Positions 50,669 through 60,469 are shown, counted from the first letter of the stretch. The stretch is DNA of 64,000 bases from Candidatus Undinarchaeales archaeon (GCA_030753015.1 JASMDC010000006.1:80563-144562), one strand, 5' to 3'. Numbers and translations are program-made. The notes: generated from the letters alone by a model not told the origin.

Positions 50669-51096
50669 GTGGCATCACGGTGATAGAGGACGACCCCGCT
50701 CTCGAGCTCTCGGAGAATCCTGAACGTGGCGTTCCCGCTCCTCTCGGGGTGAATGACCTCGTAGTAGTAGTTACCGACGACGAGTGGGTGGTCGGGCGTA
50801 TGGGCAACGATGATGGGGGCAAGGGTGTACTGCGTCAGGTAGTACTCGGCGCTGGCATTGTTGTCGGCATGGTAGCCGACGGTCCCACGAGCGGGGAGAT
50901 GGTCCCTTATATCATCGAACCGTCGCTCGTAGCGCGTGACATCGTCAACACGCGCGAGCTCTGTGCGAAGCCCTATGGCGAGACGAGCATAGGTGGCCAC
51001 CGACAGGATAGTGAACAGGACCAGGACGATCGTCATTGCCTCATCCTGCCCCAGGGGCGTTGCGCACCGGAGCCATTGGGCAACACCCTTACCCAT
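50665..51096 (-). CDS. Small N-anchored membrane protein (copy 1)
   Basis: One TM, then RF..IR..LP..GTVGY..D...YYLTQYTLAP; ATGA overlap with the downstream gene. Confidence 0.7.
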   Translation of the reverse strand: MGKGVAQWLRCATPLGQDEAMTIVLVLFTILSVATYARLAIGLRTELARVDDVTRYERRFDDIRDHLPARGTVGYHADNNASAEYYLTQYTLAPIIVAHTPDHPLVVGNYYYEVIHPERSGNATFRILRELESGVVLYHRDAT

Positions 51097-51261
51097 GATA
51101 TCAGCGCAACCCGTCCACCAATAAATCCTTACCTGTTTCAGGTGTCGCCAACATCGCTATCAAGGCTCCGTCATGCCGGGTGATGCACGATGGAATACCT
51201 TATCAGTAGATTACCGGGTCACTCCGCCCTCACCCTTATAATCCTCCCCCGATCCATAGTC

Positions 51262-51330
51262 ATGGGGATGATGGGTTGTGGGTTTACCGAAGGGATTCTC
51301 TACCCGGATGTGGACATTCTGGAGCCCTGA
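51262..51330 (+). CDS. Putative 20-22 aa small peptide
   Basis: MGMMGCGFTEGILYPDVDILEP; TTATAA at 51236-51241; hairpin starts at the stop codon. Confidence 0.3.
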   Translation: MGMMGCGFTEGILYPDVDILEP

Positions 51331-51358
51331 CCCCCCTGGGGGCGCTGCCCCCGGGGTC
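51329..51358. terminator. GC-rich hairpin downstream of GGGP synthase
   Basis: GACCCC-cct-GGGGGC-gct-GCCCCC-GGGGTC. Confidence 0.5.
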
Positions 51359-51369
51359 TTACTCGCCCT

Positions 51370-52128
51370 TTAGACACCTTTGACCGCGGCCACGATCTGC
51401 TTGAAGGTCTCGGATGCCCCGCCCTTCTCCTCAAGCACCGTGCCCGTCACAACGATGTCGGCGCCGGCCTTCACGACGTTCCGGGCGTGCTCCGGTGTCC
51501 GAATGCCCCCGCCTACGATGATGGGGATGTCGATGGTGCCACGTACGGCGGCTATCATCTCGACGGGAACAGGAGTGTCGGCACCAGAGCCGGCCTCGAG
51601 GTACACCAGCCGCATACCCAGGTACTGGGCGGCCAGGGCGTAGCACGCCGCCAGCTCGGGCTTCGAGCGGGGCATCAGCTTGGCCTCTCCGACCCAACCC
51701 ACGGTACCCCCCGGCTCCACGACGATGTAGCCCATTGGGATGGGCTCGATACCCATCCGCTTGATCGTGGGCGCACCCAGAGCCTGGGCACCGATGACCC
51801 AGTAGTGGTTCATGGAGTTGAGCAGGCTCATGAAGAGCACTGCATCTGCGTTGGGTGTGATGCCGTCGACATTGCCCGGGAAGAGCACCACTGGCAGGGA
51901 GCAGGCCTCCCTGATCGCGATCCCCGTGGCATTGAGCAGCTGGGAGGCGCCGGTGGAACCCCCCAGGAGGATGACATCACTGCCAACCTCCTCGGCGACT
52001 CGGGCCGTGTTGGCGGCCTCCTCGGGCGATTGAGCTGCAGGGTCGATAAGTGTGAAGTGTACACGCCCCTGGTGGAGGAGGGACGTAATATGTTCGTACA
52101 CGGTCTTTGTCCTGTTGTATGCCATGAT
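51370..52128 (-). CDS. Geranylgeranylglyceryl phosphate synthase (group II)
   Basis: HFTLIDP, LGGST, LFPG, FMSLLNS, GYIVVEPGG, YLEAGSGA, VGGGIR, VTGT. Confidence 0.95.
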   Translation of the reverse strand: MMAYNRTKTVYEHITSLLHQGRVHFTLIDPAAQSPEEAANTARVAEEVGSDVILLGGSTGASQLLNATGIAIREACSLPVVLFPGNVDGITPNADAVLFMSLLNSMNHYWVIGAQALGAPTIKRMGIEPIPMGYIVVEPGGTVGWVGEAKLMPRSKPELAACYALAAQYLGMRLVYLEAGSGADTPVPVEMIAAVRGTIDIPIIVGGGIRTPEHARNVVKAGADIVVTGTVLEEKGGASETFKQIVAAVKGV

Positions 52129-52130
52129 GA

Positions 52131-52976
52131 TCACCGGTTACCTACTAGGAACGCTATAAGAGCACAGAACATGCCAAACTTTATAATCCGCTGTGAACGG
52201 CCAGCCGAGTCACTTGTGAGCTCACCCTGGAAGAGCTGGGCCGCGGCGGCGGCGAACAGCGCGTCGGCGATGAGGATGGCCACGATGTAGTATGTGGACG
52301 TGAGGAATCCGAGGTAAACTGGCAGGAATCCCAGCACGATAGCCGCACTGAGGGCGATCGTGGCGAGCGTGCGTGCGTGTTCAGGGCCGTGAACTGCCGG
52401 GACGCTCCGGGCATCCTTGGTGAGGTCGCCCTCAAGGTCCTCGATGTCCTTTACAAGTTCGCGGCCTAGATTCGCGAGCATTGCGCACATCCCGAGCACG
52501 CCCACACGTCGGAGCGCGGTAGTGTTATCAGCGGCCACAGCGACGCCCCCGTACACGATGGTGAGCCCGACCAGGAGCGAGACTATGAGATTGCCCCAGA
52601 TGCCCATGCGCTTACCGCTGTGGGCATAGGCTGCAAGGAGGACCGCAGCGAGAGTGGCGATGCTGAGGGCGAGAGTGTTGATGGTGGCGGCCAGTCCCAC
52701 ACCGGCAAGGAAGAGAATGATCGCGTACGCTTGAGCACCCTGCGGTGAGAGCCGACCGGAGGGGATGGGGCGTTCCGGAGCGTTGACCGCATCAATATCG
52801 CGATCGTAGTAGTCGTTGACGACATTACCTGCTCCGCATATAAGGAACACAGTGGCGGCTGCAGGGAGGACGTCGGGCCCTAGATCGGACCCCGAGGCGA
52901 CCGCTGCCCCCAAGGGCACGGCTGCCGCTGCCATGAAGCAGTTGGCGGGACGGAGCACCTCGGCAAATGCCCACAT
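52131..52976 (-). CDS. Digeranylgeranylglyceryl phosphate synthase (UbiA family)
   Basis: RPANC, NDYYDRDIDAVNAPERPIPSG, GNLIVS, RELVKDIEDLEGD; adjacent to GGGPS. Confidence 0.92.
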   Translation of the reverse strand: MWAFAEVLRPANCFMAAAAVPLGAAVASGSDLGPDVLPAAATVFLICGAGNVVNDYYDRDIDAVNAPERPIPSGRLSPQGAQAYAIILFLAGVGLAATINTLALSIATLAAVLLAAYAHSGKRMGIWGNLIVSLLVGLTIVYGGVAVAADNTTALRRVGVLGMCAMLANLGRELVKDIEDLEGDLTKDARSVPAVHGPEHARTLATIALSAAIVLGFLPVYLGFLTSTYYIVAILIADALFAAAAAQLFQGELTSDSAGRSQRIIKFGMFCALIAFLVGNR

Positions 52977-53149
52977 CAGGCCTTACCGGAGCCCTTCTTC
53001 CTCACTCTCAGTCTATCGCATCCGCACTTGCGGCAGCGGACCTTCCCCTGGCGGATCTTAGATAGGGCCGCGCGGTTCCGGGCGTTGCATCGCATGCAGA
53101 CGAACACGTTGTGGAACATCCTTTGCTCGACGACGGGATCAAGCGCCAT
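52976..53149 (-). CDS. rpl40e: 50S ribosomal protein L40e
   Basis: VCMRCNARN...CRKCG...LR Zn ribbon in the tsr3-rpl40e-GGGPS context. Confidence 0.92.
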   Translation of the reverse strand: MALDPVVEQRMFHNVFVCMRCNARNRAALSKIRQGKVRCRKCGCDRLRVRKKGSGKA

Positions 53150-53657
53150 GATCATCACCCATTACCTCGGCCTGTATAGACAGGATTTCCGAGGGAGAGA
53201 CTGCTTCGGAGTACCTCCTTAAAAGGTTTTCGTTAAGTGACAGAAAGGAATCGCCCCACCGGAAGGGCGCAATGAGCTGTCTTGCCTGCTCCTTTTCCCC
53301 AAGGATGAAGAGCGCCGCGCACAGTGCCTCGACCGTCGAGAGCTTGGTCGGCTTCCCGTAATTGGTGGGATTGGCGGCAACGAGGTACGGCAGCGCCCGC
53401 CTTCGCACCCCCCGTCGCCCGAGGCGAGGATCGGTGAAGATCTCGATCCCCCGGTTCCACGAGCAGTCGAGGGCAACGATCGGTGTACGGGAGCCCACGT
53501 CCTCCTGGGAGAGCACGTTCTCACTGGTGGGGTCCAGTAGTACCGAGCGAGCGGGGACCGAGCGCACCTCGCGGGCCAGCCCGAACCTGATGAGCTTCAA
53601 GGCCGTGCACTTGCGCGGATCGCACTGCCGCTCGCAGTAGAGGAGGACCGATCGCAC
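53139..53657 (-). CDS. tsr3: 16S rRNA aminocarboxypropyltransferase Tsr3 (DUF367)
   Basis: QCDPRKCTALKL, LDCSW, RALPYLVAANPTNYGKP.KLSTVEA, FRWG..FL.LN. Confidence 0.95.
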   Translation of the reverse strand: MRSVLLYCERQCDPRKCTALKLIRFGLAREVRSVPARSVLLDPTSENVLSQEDVGSRTPIVALDCSWNRGIEIFTDPRLGRRGVRRRALPYLVAANPTNYGKPTKLSTVEALCAALFILGEKEQARQLIAPFRWGDSFLSLNENLLRRYSEAVSPSEILSIQAEVMGDDHGA

Positions 53658-53716
53658 GAGGATGTGCTGCGTGGAAATACATAAGAATATGGGCGTTCAT
53701 ATCATAATCGACCACA

Positions 53717-54244
53717 ATGGGAGACGACCGGCCCTTAACCCATACTAACAGGCTCCTGATCGTGCTCATCGTGAGCGTAGCGATAGTCATTCTCTTCACG
53801 CCCCACATCCCTGCTCCCCGGGGCCCGACCGCGGCCACGGCGGGCGTGGTGACCGTCATCGCACGATATGAAGGCGGTGGTCCTGCTTCCGGCGCTCTGG
53901 TGACCGTAGCGGCGCTCCAGTGCGCCTCCCGGAGCGAGGTGGGGGCCGCGCGCACGGACATCGGCGAGACGACACCGCCGCCCGCGCTGGAAGGTCCCAC
54001 CACCTCAGCGGTCACCGATATCGATGGCATAGCACAGGTCGCGCTCGACCGCACCTTCTATGAGGCGGCCTGCGGTTCACTTCGGGTGGACGTGTTCAGG
54101 GCAGAGCGACGTGGAGCTGAGCATGAGCCCGACACTGCTGGCTGGTGGGCTGTTGACGCTGTCTCCCCTTACCGCACCTCTCGGGAGCACACGGTCTCTT
54201 TGGAACTCGTCTCGACCCGGCTCCGCCCCCGGCCCGCACGGTGA
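53717..54244 (+). CDS. Hypothetical N-anchored exported protein
   Basis: Hydrophobic segment LLIVLIVSVAIVILF, then a beta-rich region (GALVTV, TDIDGIA); fills the gap between tsr3 and gpmA. Confidence 0.55.
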   Translation: MGDDRPLTHTNRLLIVLIVSVAIVILFTPHIPAPRGPTAATAGVVTVIARYEGGGPASGALVTVAALQCASRSEVGAARTDIGETTPPPALEGPTTSAVTDIDGIAQVALDRTFYEAACGSLRVDVFRAERRGAEHEPDTAGWWAVDAVSPYRTSREHTVSLELVSTRLRPRPAR

Positions 54245-54245
54245 G

Positions 54246-54992
54246 CTAGCGCGCAGAGCCCTGCTTTGCGACAGCATCGGCAGCAGCGCGCACCGTCCTC
54301 TCGTCCGCAAGATAGCGTTTGTCTAGAGGTCGCAGATCCCCGTCCAGCTCGTACACCAGGGGAATCCCTGTGGGGATGTTGAGTTTCGTGATGGCCTCGT
54401 CACTCATCCCGTCCAGGTACTTGACCAGTGCACGTAGGCTGTTGCCGTGGGCGGCGATGAGCACCCGATTTCCTGCTTTTATGGCCGGGGCGATGGTGTC
54501 GTGCCAGTACGGTAGCACCCGGGCAACCGTGTCCTTCAGGCACTCGGTGAGGGGCAACTCGTCAGGCCCGAGGGCCGAGTAGCGGGCGTCATTACCGGGA
54601 AAGCGCGGATCGTCCGTTGTCAGGGCGGGAGGTCGAACATCGTAGCTGCGGCGCCAGACGAACACTTGGTCCTCCCCGTACTTACGGGCGGTCTCGCTCT
54701 TGTCCAGTCCCTGGAGCGCCCCGTAGTGCCGCTCGTTAAGGCGCCAGCTGCGCTCGACGGGCACCCAAATTATGTCGGCCTCCTCCATGACCTGCCACGC
54801 TGTCAGGATGGCCCGCTTGAGGTAGGATGTGTACACCACGTCGAAGGAGAGGCCCTCCTGCGCAAGTACCCGTCCTGCTGCGACGGCCTCCTCACGGCCT
54901 CGTGGTGAGAGGTCCACGTCCGTCCAGCCGGTGAACCGGTTCTCCTTGTTCCATATGCTCTCGCCATGGCGCAGGAGAACGAGCGTATACAT
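54246..54992 (-). CDS. gpmA: 2,3-bisphosphoglycerate-dependent phosphoglycerate mutase
   Basis: [51 protein letters not shown]. Confidence 0.97.
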   Translation of the reverse strand: MYTLVLLRHGESIWNKENRFTGWTDVDLSPRGREEAVAAGRVLAQEGLSFDVVYTSYLKRAILTAWQVMEEADIIWVPVERSWRLNERHYGALQGLDKSETARKYGEDQVFVWRRSYDVRPPALTTDDPRFPGNDARYSALGPDELPLTECLKDTVARVLPYWHDTIAPAIKAGNRVLIAAHGNSLRALVKYLDGMSDEAITKLNIPTGIPLVYELDGDLRPLDKRYLADERTVRAAADAVAKQGSAR

Positions 54993-55239
54993 GCCTAGGG
55001 AAAGGAGGCCATACTTTATCTGTATTCCAGTTACTCTGCCCCCGTCCGTCCTGCGTCTTTACGTTCACTAAGCATCGCCTATATTCCGATTCTGATCCCG
55101 ATTAATGAAGGTCGTGCGACCAACGTATCCCATTCAAATAAAATGGTTAGTGGTTCACGGAACGTCCATCGGTATGACTGGACGCAGATAACGATGCTCC
55201 GTGTCCAGTACGACTATTCACCACGGAGATGGGAGAACG

Positions 55240-55656
55240 ATGCCTCAACACGTGAGACGAAGTCCTTCCCGAGTTAATGCAGCCGCTATTCTAGTAATCC
55301 TCTATGCGATGCTCTCTATTCCCGATCTTTCATGGATGGGCGCCCGCGTTGTGTTCGGGGATCCTGTGTATGACAGCATCGCTCTGAGCGAACAACGGTT
55401 CAAGGAAATTAGAACGGCTCTTCCCCCACATGGTACTGTTGGCTATCTCACAGATGATATATATGACGAGGGGAGGTACTATCTTGTACAATATGCCCTT
55501 GCCCCTGTCGTGGTCAACAGGTCGGTCGAGCACCCACTCATAATCGTGGACCTCCGTAATCCCGATGCTCTCGATAACGTCACACGGGAGCACGCTCTTG
55601 TGCCGTTACATGACTTTGGGAAAGGGCTCATGCTCTTCCGGCGGGGTCAACGATGA
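55240..55656 (+). CDS. Small N-anchored membrane protein (copy 2)
   Basis: One TM, then RFKEIR..LP..GTVGY..D...YYLVQYALAP..HPL; ATGA overlap with the next gene. Confidence 0.7.
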   Translation: MPQHVRRSPSRVNAAAILVILYAMLSIPDLSWMGARVVFGDPVYDSIALSEQRFKEIRTALPPHGTVGYLTDDIYDEGRYYLVQYALAPVVVNRSVEHPLIIVDLRNPDALDNVTREHALVPLHDFGKGLMLFRRGQR

Positions 55657-57077
55657 TGTTCGCACTTGTCCTCTCCTTCTTGCTGCCTGTGTGCGCAGCC
55701 TTTCTCCTTCTCTGCCTGGTCTGGCCAGGAGGACGGCATGTACGCACCGACATCGGCACCAAGGTTTGCCTCGCCGTCGGCATTGGTATCGGGCTGTCCT
55801 CGTGCCTCTTCTTCATACTGATGAACATCGGCCTGACGGGCAGGGCTGCCGTCATCGTGGACGGTACCCTCCAGGTAATCACGATCATAGCGCTCGCGAT
55901 GGTTATGGTGTCCCGTGGATTCACGTGGAGCTCAGAGCATCACGGGAAGCGTGGTGGGCCGATGGACATCGTAGGTCTGCTCACGATCGCGTTCTACTTC
56001 GTCCTGTTGGTACAGATATTTGTGTTCATCGCTCTCTCATTCTCCCGACCGCACGGAGGGTGGGACGCGTGGGCTATATGGAACATGCGCGCCCGGTTCC
56101 TCGCCCGTGCGGGCGCCGACTGGCGTGAAGCCTTCTCACCAACCCTCGGCGTGCCACACCTCGACTACCCATGCCTCATACCGATGAGCATCGCCCGGGC
56201 GTGGTTGTACGGGAACCATGAGAGCCCGATAATCCCCGTCATCATCTCTCTGCTCTTCACTTTCTCCACCGTTGGGCTCATGGTCTCGGCTCTTTCGTTG
56301 CTGAAGAACAGGTACACAGGGCTGATGGCAGGTCTCGTCCTCATGGGAACTCCCGTACTATTTCAACAAAGCCTCCTCCAATATGCGGACATACCCCTCG
56401 CGTACTATATTCTCTCAACGCTCGTCCTACTCACCCTTCATGGTAGGGATGCTCCTGGGAGGAAAAGGTACCTGATACTTGCGGGATTGATGACAGGACT
56501 ATCGGCATGGACCAAGAACGAAGGACTTCTCTTCCTCGTAGCGATACTGTTCTCCTATGCTATCCTTGTGGTGTTCAGAAAGGGACGGGGCGCCCTCTGG
56601 CCCCAGTCGTTCCCCATTTTAGCGGGCCTTATGATCGTTCTTCCGGCCATCGTCCTCCTCAAAGCCCATTTCGCCTCGTCGAACGAAGTCGTTTCGCCCC
56701 AGAACCTAGATGTCAGCGCCAAACAGTTGTTCGAACCAGCACGTTACCAAGACATTGCCTTCGGATTCATCCTGAGAATAACCTCGTACGGGGACGGGAG
56801 ACTCTCCCCGTTCGCGGTGCTCATTCCTCTTCTGTTCCTTCTCGGCTTGGACCCGGGGTACAGGTCTGAACGAGGTCTACGTACGGCAGCTCTCGTGTTA
56901 CCATTCATGTTCATGGGATACGTGATGGTCTACTTGATAACGCCCAATGATCTCGGATGGCATATTCTAACCTCACGAGACCGTCTTCTCCTCCATCTCT
57001 GGCCATCATTCCTCTTCTCGTTCTTCCTCTTAGTGAAATCAACAGAGGGGGACGTAAGGTCATCGACACCGTGCTAA
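55653..57077 (+). CDS. Multi-pass membrane protein, GT-C-like (copy 2)
   Basis: WDAWAIWNMRARF, HLDYP, YAD, TKNEG, DRLLLHLWPS; paralogous to 49256-50668. Confidence 0.75.
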   Translation: MMFALVLSFLLPVCAAFLLLCLVWPGGRHVRTDIGTKVCLAVGIGIGLSSCLFFILMNIGLTGRAAVIVDGTLQVITIIALAMVMVSRGFTWSSEHHGKRGGPMDIVGLLTIAFYFVLLVQIFVFIALSFSRPHGGWDAWAIWNMRARFLARAGADWREAFSPTLGVPHLDYPCLIPMSIARAWLYGNHESPIIPVIISLLFTFSTVGLMVSALSLLKNRYTGLMAGLVLMGTPVLFQQSLLQYADIPLAYYILSTLVLLTLHGRDAPGRKRYLILAGLMTGLSAWTKNEGLLFLVAILFSYAILVVFRKGRGALWPQSFPILAGLMIVLPAIVLLKAHFASSNEVVSPQNLDVSAKQLFEPARYQDIAFGFILRITSYGDGRLSPFAVLIPLLFLLGLDPGYRSERGLRTAALVLPFMFMGYVMVYLITPNDLGWHILTSRDRLLLHLWPSFLFSFFLLVKSTEGDVRSSTPC

Positions 57078-57393
57078 GAAAAGGGCATGTGACTCGGATT
57101 CACTGAGATTCTTTCATGGGGGTGTTTCACTCCGCCACCAAAGCATCGATATTTAAACGGTGAGTGTGTATAACCGTTTTTAGATGACGCTCCCTGGGCT
57201 GTCCGAGGTCTGCCACTATAACGGACAGACTGTGTGCCCGCGTTCTCTTGTACCTTTCATGCACGACAGTTCGACCTATGGTCGCGGCTGAGCGCGGGGG
57301 GACGGCCCCGTGCGATCATGACAGGACCTCCTATTCGCCATCTAAACCGGTGTGAAGTAAAGATACTTAAATGGTGAAGTAGAGCCAACCTCC

Positions 57394-58326
57394 ATGTCGC
57401 AGTTGGACAAGGACATAATCTCCATGCGCGACCTCTCCAAGGACCAGGTCACAGGTATCCTGGAGCGGGCGCGGTACATGGACGAGCGCCTGAAGGCGCG
57501 GGATCCTCCTCGGAGCCTCGCCGGACGGATGATCGCATCGCTCTTCTTCGAGCCCAGTACCCGCACACGGCTGAGCTTCGAGACCGCCGCGAAGTGCATG
57601 GGCGGGATGGTCACCGGGTTCTCCTCTCCCAAGGGTACCTCGGTTGAGAAGGGAGAGACCCTATCGGACACGGTACGCACCGTGGAACAGTACGCCGACG
57701 CCATCGTGATGCGTCATCCTTTTGAGGGCGCCGCCCGACTGGCGTCCGAGGCCGTATCGATACCGGTGGTAAACGGTGGGGACGGCTCGAACCAGCACCC
57801 GACACAGACCTTGCTGGACCTCTACACCATCTGGAAGCACAAGGGGACCTTCGATCTCAAGGTGGCCCTCGTGGGTGACCTCAAGCATGCGCGGACGACC
57901 CGTTCCCTGGCCTACGCGCTGGGGATGTTCGGCGCGGACATCGCCCTCGTGGCGCCCAAGGGGCTGGAGATGAGCACCGAGGTGGTGGACGAAGTGCGCC
58001 AACAGTGGGGCACCAACATCACTCATGCCCACGATCCCGCAACGAGCCTAGGGGACGTGGACGCCGCCTACGTCGTCCGTATACAGAAGGAGCGGTTCGC
58101 CGATCCCCTGGAGCTCAAGCGCCTCCAGCGATCCTACCGGATCACCAAGGACACTCTCGCGTCGCTAAAGAGCGACGCCATCATCATGCACCCGCTTCCC
58201 CGGGTGGACGAAGTGGAGACCTCCGTGGACCAATCCGATCACGCTGTGTACTTCGACCAGGCCTACAACGGGGTGCCGGTGAGGATGGCGGTGCTTGAGA
58301 TGCTCATCAATGGAGGTGACGCCTGA
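57394..58326 (+). CDS. pyrB: Aspartate carbamoyltransferase catalytic subunit
   Basis: FFEPSTRTRLSF, KGETL.DT, HPTQTLLD, RIQKER, MHPLPR; CTTAAAT box at 57366. Confidence 0.97.
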   Translation: MSQLDKDIISMRDLSKDQVTGILERARYMDERLKARDPPRSLAGRMIASLFFEPSTRTRLSFETAAKCMGGMVTGFSSPKGTSVEKGETLSDTVRTVEQYADAIVMRHPFEGAARLASEAVSIPVVNGGDGSNQHPTQTLLDLYTIWKHKGTFDLKVALVGDLKHARTTRSLAYALGMFGADIALVAPKGLEMSTEVVDEVRQQWGTNITHAHDPATSLGDVDAAYVVRIQKERFADPLELKRLQRSYRITKDTLASLKSDAIIMHPLPRVDEVETSVDQSDHAVYFDQAYNGVPVRMAVLEMLINGGDA

Positions 58327-58790
58327 TGGATACGGACATGAAGGTACAGAAGCTCGCGAACGGCTATGTGATAGACCACGTCCCGGCCGGAAACGGGCTC
58401 GTGCTCGCCAAGGTGCTGGACCTCACGACAACCAACGGGGGGACCCTCCTCGTTGGTACGAACCTCGCCAGCGGGAAGCACGGCAGGAAGGATATCATCA
58501 AGATGGAGGACCGTACCCTCACCGAGGAGGAGGAGAGCAAGGTGGCCCTGGTCGCTCCCAATGCCACGGTATCGATCATCCGCGACTATAAGGTCGCAGA
58601 GAAGCGGACCCTGCGCATCCCCGAGGCCGTAGAGGATCTCATCCGTTGCCCCAATCCCCGATGCATCACACGGCTCGAGCCGCGACAGTCCTTCACCGTG
58701 GAGGGGACGGATCCCGTGCTGGTGCGGTGTCGCTACTGTGAGCGCACCCTCCAGGGGAACGAGGTCGGGGAGAACATCGTCCCAGGATAG
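58326..58790 (+). CDS. pyrI: Aspartate carbamoyltransferase regulatory subunit
   Basis: NGYVIDHVPAG, KDIIK.E, CPNPRC...CRYCE Zn site. Confidence 0.96.
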   Translation: MDTDMKVQKLANGYVIDHVPAGNGLVLAKVLDLTTTNGGTLLVGTNLASGKHGRKDIIKMEDRTLTEEEESKVALVAPNATVSIIRDYKVAEKRTLRIPEAVEDLIRCPNPRCITRLEPRQSFTVEGTDPVLVRCRYCERTLQGNEVGENIVPG

Positions 58791-58793
58791 ACC

Positions 58794-59708
58794 ATGGCCG
58801 ACCTCGCCACTGACCTCGGGTTGGGACGGGTGCTGGCCGCCCCCACCATGCTCGCCTCGGGCATCCTGGCCACGTCAGCCGGTGCCATCCTCCGGGTGGC
58901 CCGGCACGGGCCGGGGGCGATAGTCACCAAGTCCGTGGGACGGGATCCCAATCCCGGCTACATGGGCCCGAACGTGGTAGAGGTCCCCGGCGGTTACCTC
59001 AACGCCATGGGGCTCCCTAACTGCGGGTGCGAGGCGTTCGCCAAGGAACTTGTCGATGCACGCGCATCCAGCGATGTACCACTGATCGCCAGCGTATATG
59101 GTCCCAGCCCCGAGGACGTGGGCGCGGTCATCACGACCCTTGGGGACGGATTCGACGCTGTGGAGGTCAACGTCTCGTGCCCTCATGCCGGTCGCGGTCA
59201 CGGGGGCATCCACGTCGCCCAAGACCGCGAGCTTCTCCTCGCCATCCTCGACACCGCCAAGGATGCGACGCGAAGGCCAGTGCTCGTCAAGCTTCCCTTC
59301 TCACACTCTCTTGTGGACCAGGCCCGCGACCTCGGAGCCAACGGCGCTGACGGAATCGTCGCCATCAACACCCTCCCAGCCATGGATATAGATGTCGGGT
59401 TCCGCCGGCCGGTCCTCGGGAACACCTTCGGTGGTCTCTCGGGACCTGCTATCCTACCGGTGGCACTGCGAGCGGTTTACGCGCTGCACGACGCTGTCGA
59501 TATCCCCGTCATCGCTTCCGGGGGTGCTGTATCCGGGGAGGACGTGGTCAAGTTCATGCTCGCGGGTGCGTCAGCTGTCCAGCTGGGCACCGCTGTCGCC
59601 TATCACGGACCAGAGGTGTTCGAGCGTGTCCATCGTGAGCTCGGGGACTACCTCGACGCCAACGGGTTCGCGCGGGCGGCCGAACTGGTGGGTGGTGCCC
59701 ATGGATAG
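58794..59708 (+). CDS. pyrD: Dihydroorotate dehydrogenase, family 1B catalytic subunit
   Basis: ASG, TKS, NAMGLPN, NVSCPH, VKL, AINT, GGLSG, GASAVQLGT. Confidence 0.95.
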   Translation: MADLATDLGLGRVLAAPTMLASGILATSAGAILRVARHGPGAIVTKSVGRDPNPGYMGPNVVEVPGGYLNAMGLPNCGCEAFAKELVDARASSDVPLIASVYGPSPEDVGAVITTLGDGFDAVEVNVSCPHAGRGHGGIHVAQDRELLLAILDTAKDATRRPVLVKLPFSHSLVDQARDLGANGADGIVAINTLPAMDIDVGFRRPVLGNTFGGLSGPAILPVALRAVYALHDAVDIPVIASGGAVSGEDVVKFMLAGASAVQLGTAVAYHGPEVFERVHRELGDYLDANGFARAAELVGGAHG

Positions 59709-60465
59709 GCCTACCAAAATGACGGTCACAGGCGCCGACCGGGTGGCTACTGACACGATACGGCTAACCCTGGACGCCACCTGGGACGCCCGCCCGGGGC
59801 AGTTCGCTATGGTATGGGTTCCGGGCGAGGGTGAGAAGCCCATGAGCGTGGTCGCCAGCGATCCCATGGCCGTGTGCGTGCGGTCCGTAGGCCCGTTCTC
59901 GCGATCATTGTGCTCCCGGACCGTCGGGGACATGATCGGGGTCCGAGGTCCCTACGGTACCGGCTTCACCCTTATGAAAGATGCGAACGCCCTGCTGGTG
60001 GCCGGTGGGATGGGTGCCGCTCCCCTGGCCTTCCTGGCCAACGAGCTCGCATTGGGGAACGAGGTCACCACCCTCCTGGGAGCGCGCACGGCCGACCAGC
60101 TCATCATGCCGGAGGCATTCACCAATACGGGCGGGCTCCACATCTTCACGGACGACGGCAGCAGCGGCGAGTCCGGCATAGTCACGTCGTCGCTGGACAG
60201 GTTCATTTGGGACACGGACCGTGTGTACGCATGCGGCCCGGAGCGGATGATGGTCGCCGTGCTCGACGCAGCGCTTGCGGCGGACGTACCTTGCGAGCTG
60301 TGCGTGGAACGCTACATGAAGTGCGGCGTGGGACTATGCGGTTCATGCCACGTGGGCGAAATCTGCGCATGTACCGAGGGCCCCGTGCTCTCGGGCGAAC
60401 GACTGAATGGGACGGGATTCGGACGGACGGCGCGTGACTGTGCCGGACGGAGGGTACCGGTGTAG
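59701..60465 (+). CDS. pyrK: Dihydroorotate dehydrogenase electron transfer subunit
   Basis: PGQFAMVW.PG..EKPMS, RGPYG.GF, GGMG.AP, TDDGS, CGPE.MM, MKCGVGLCGSC..C.EGPV. Confidence 0.94.
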   Translation: MDRPTKMTVTGADRVATDTIRLTLDATWDARPGQFAMVWVPGEGEKPMSVVASDPMAVCVRSVGPFSRSLCSRTVGDMIGVRGPYGTGFTLMKDANALLVAGGMGAAPLAFLANELALGNEVTTLLGARTADQLIMPEAFTNTGGLHIFTDDGSSGESGIVTSSLDRFIWDTDRVYACGPERMMVAVLDAALAADVPCELCVERYMKCGVGLCGSCHVGEICACTEGPVLSGERLNGTGFGRTARDCAGRRVPV

Positions 60466-60469
60466 CATC

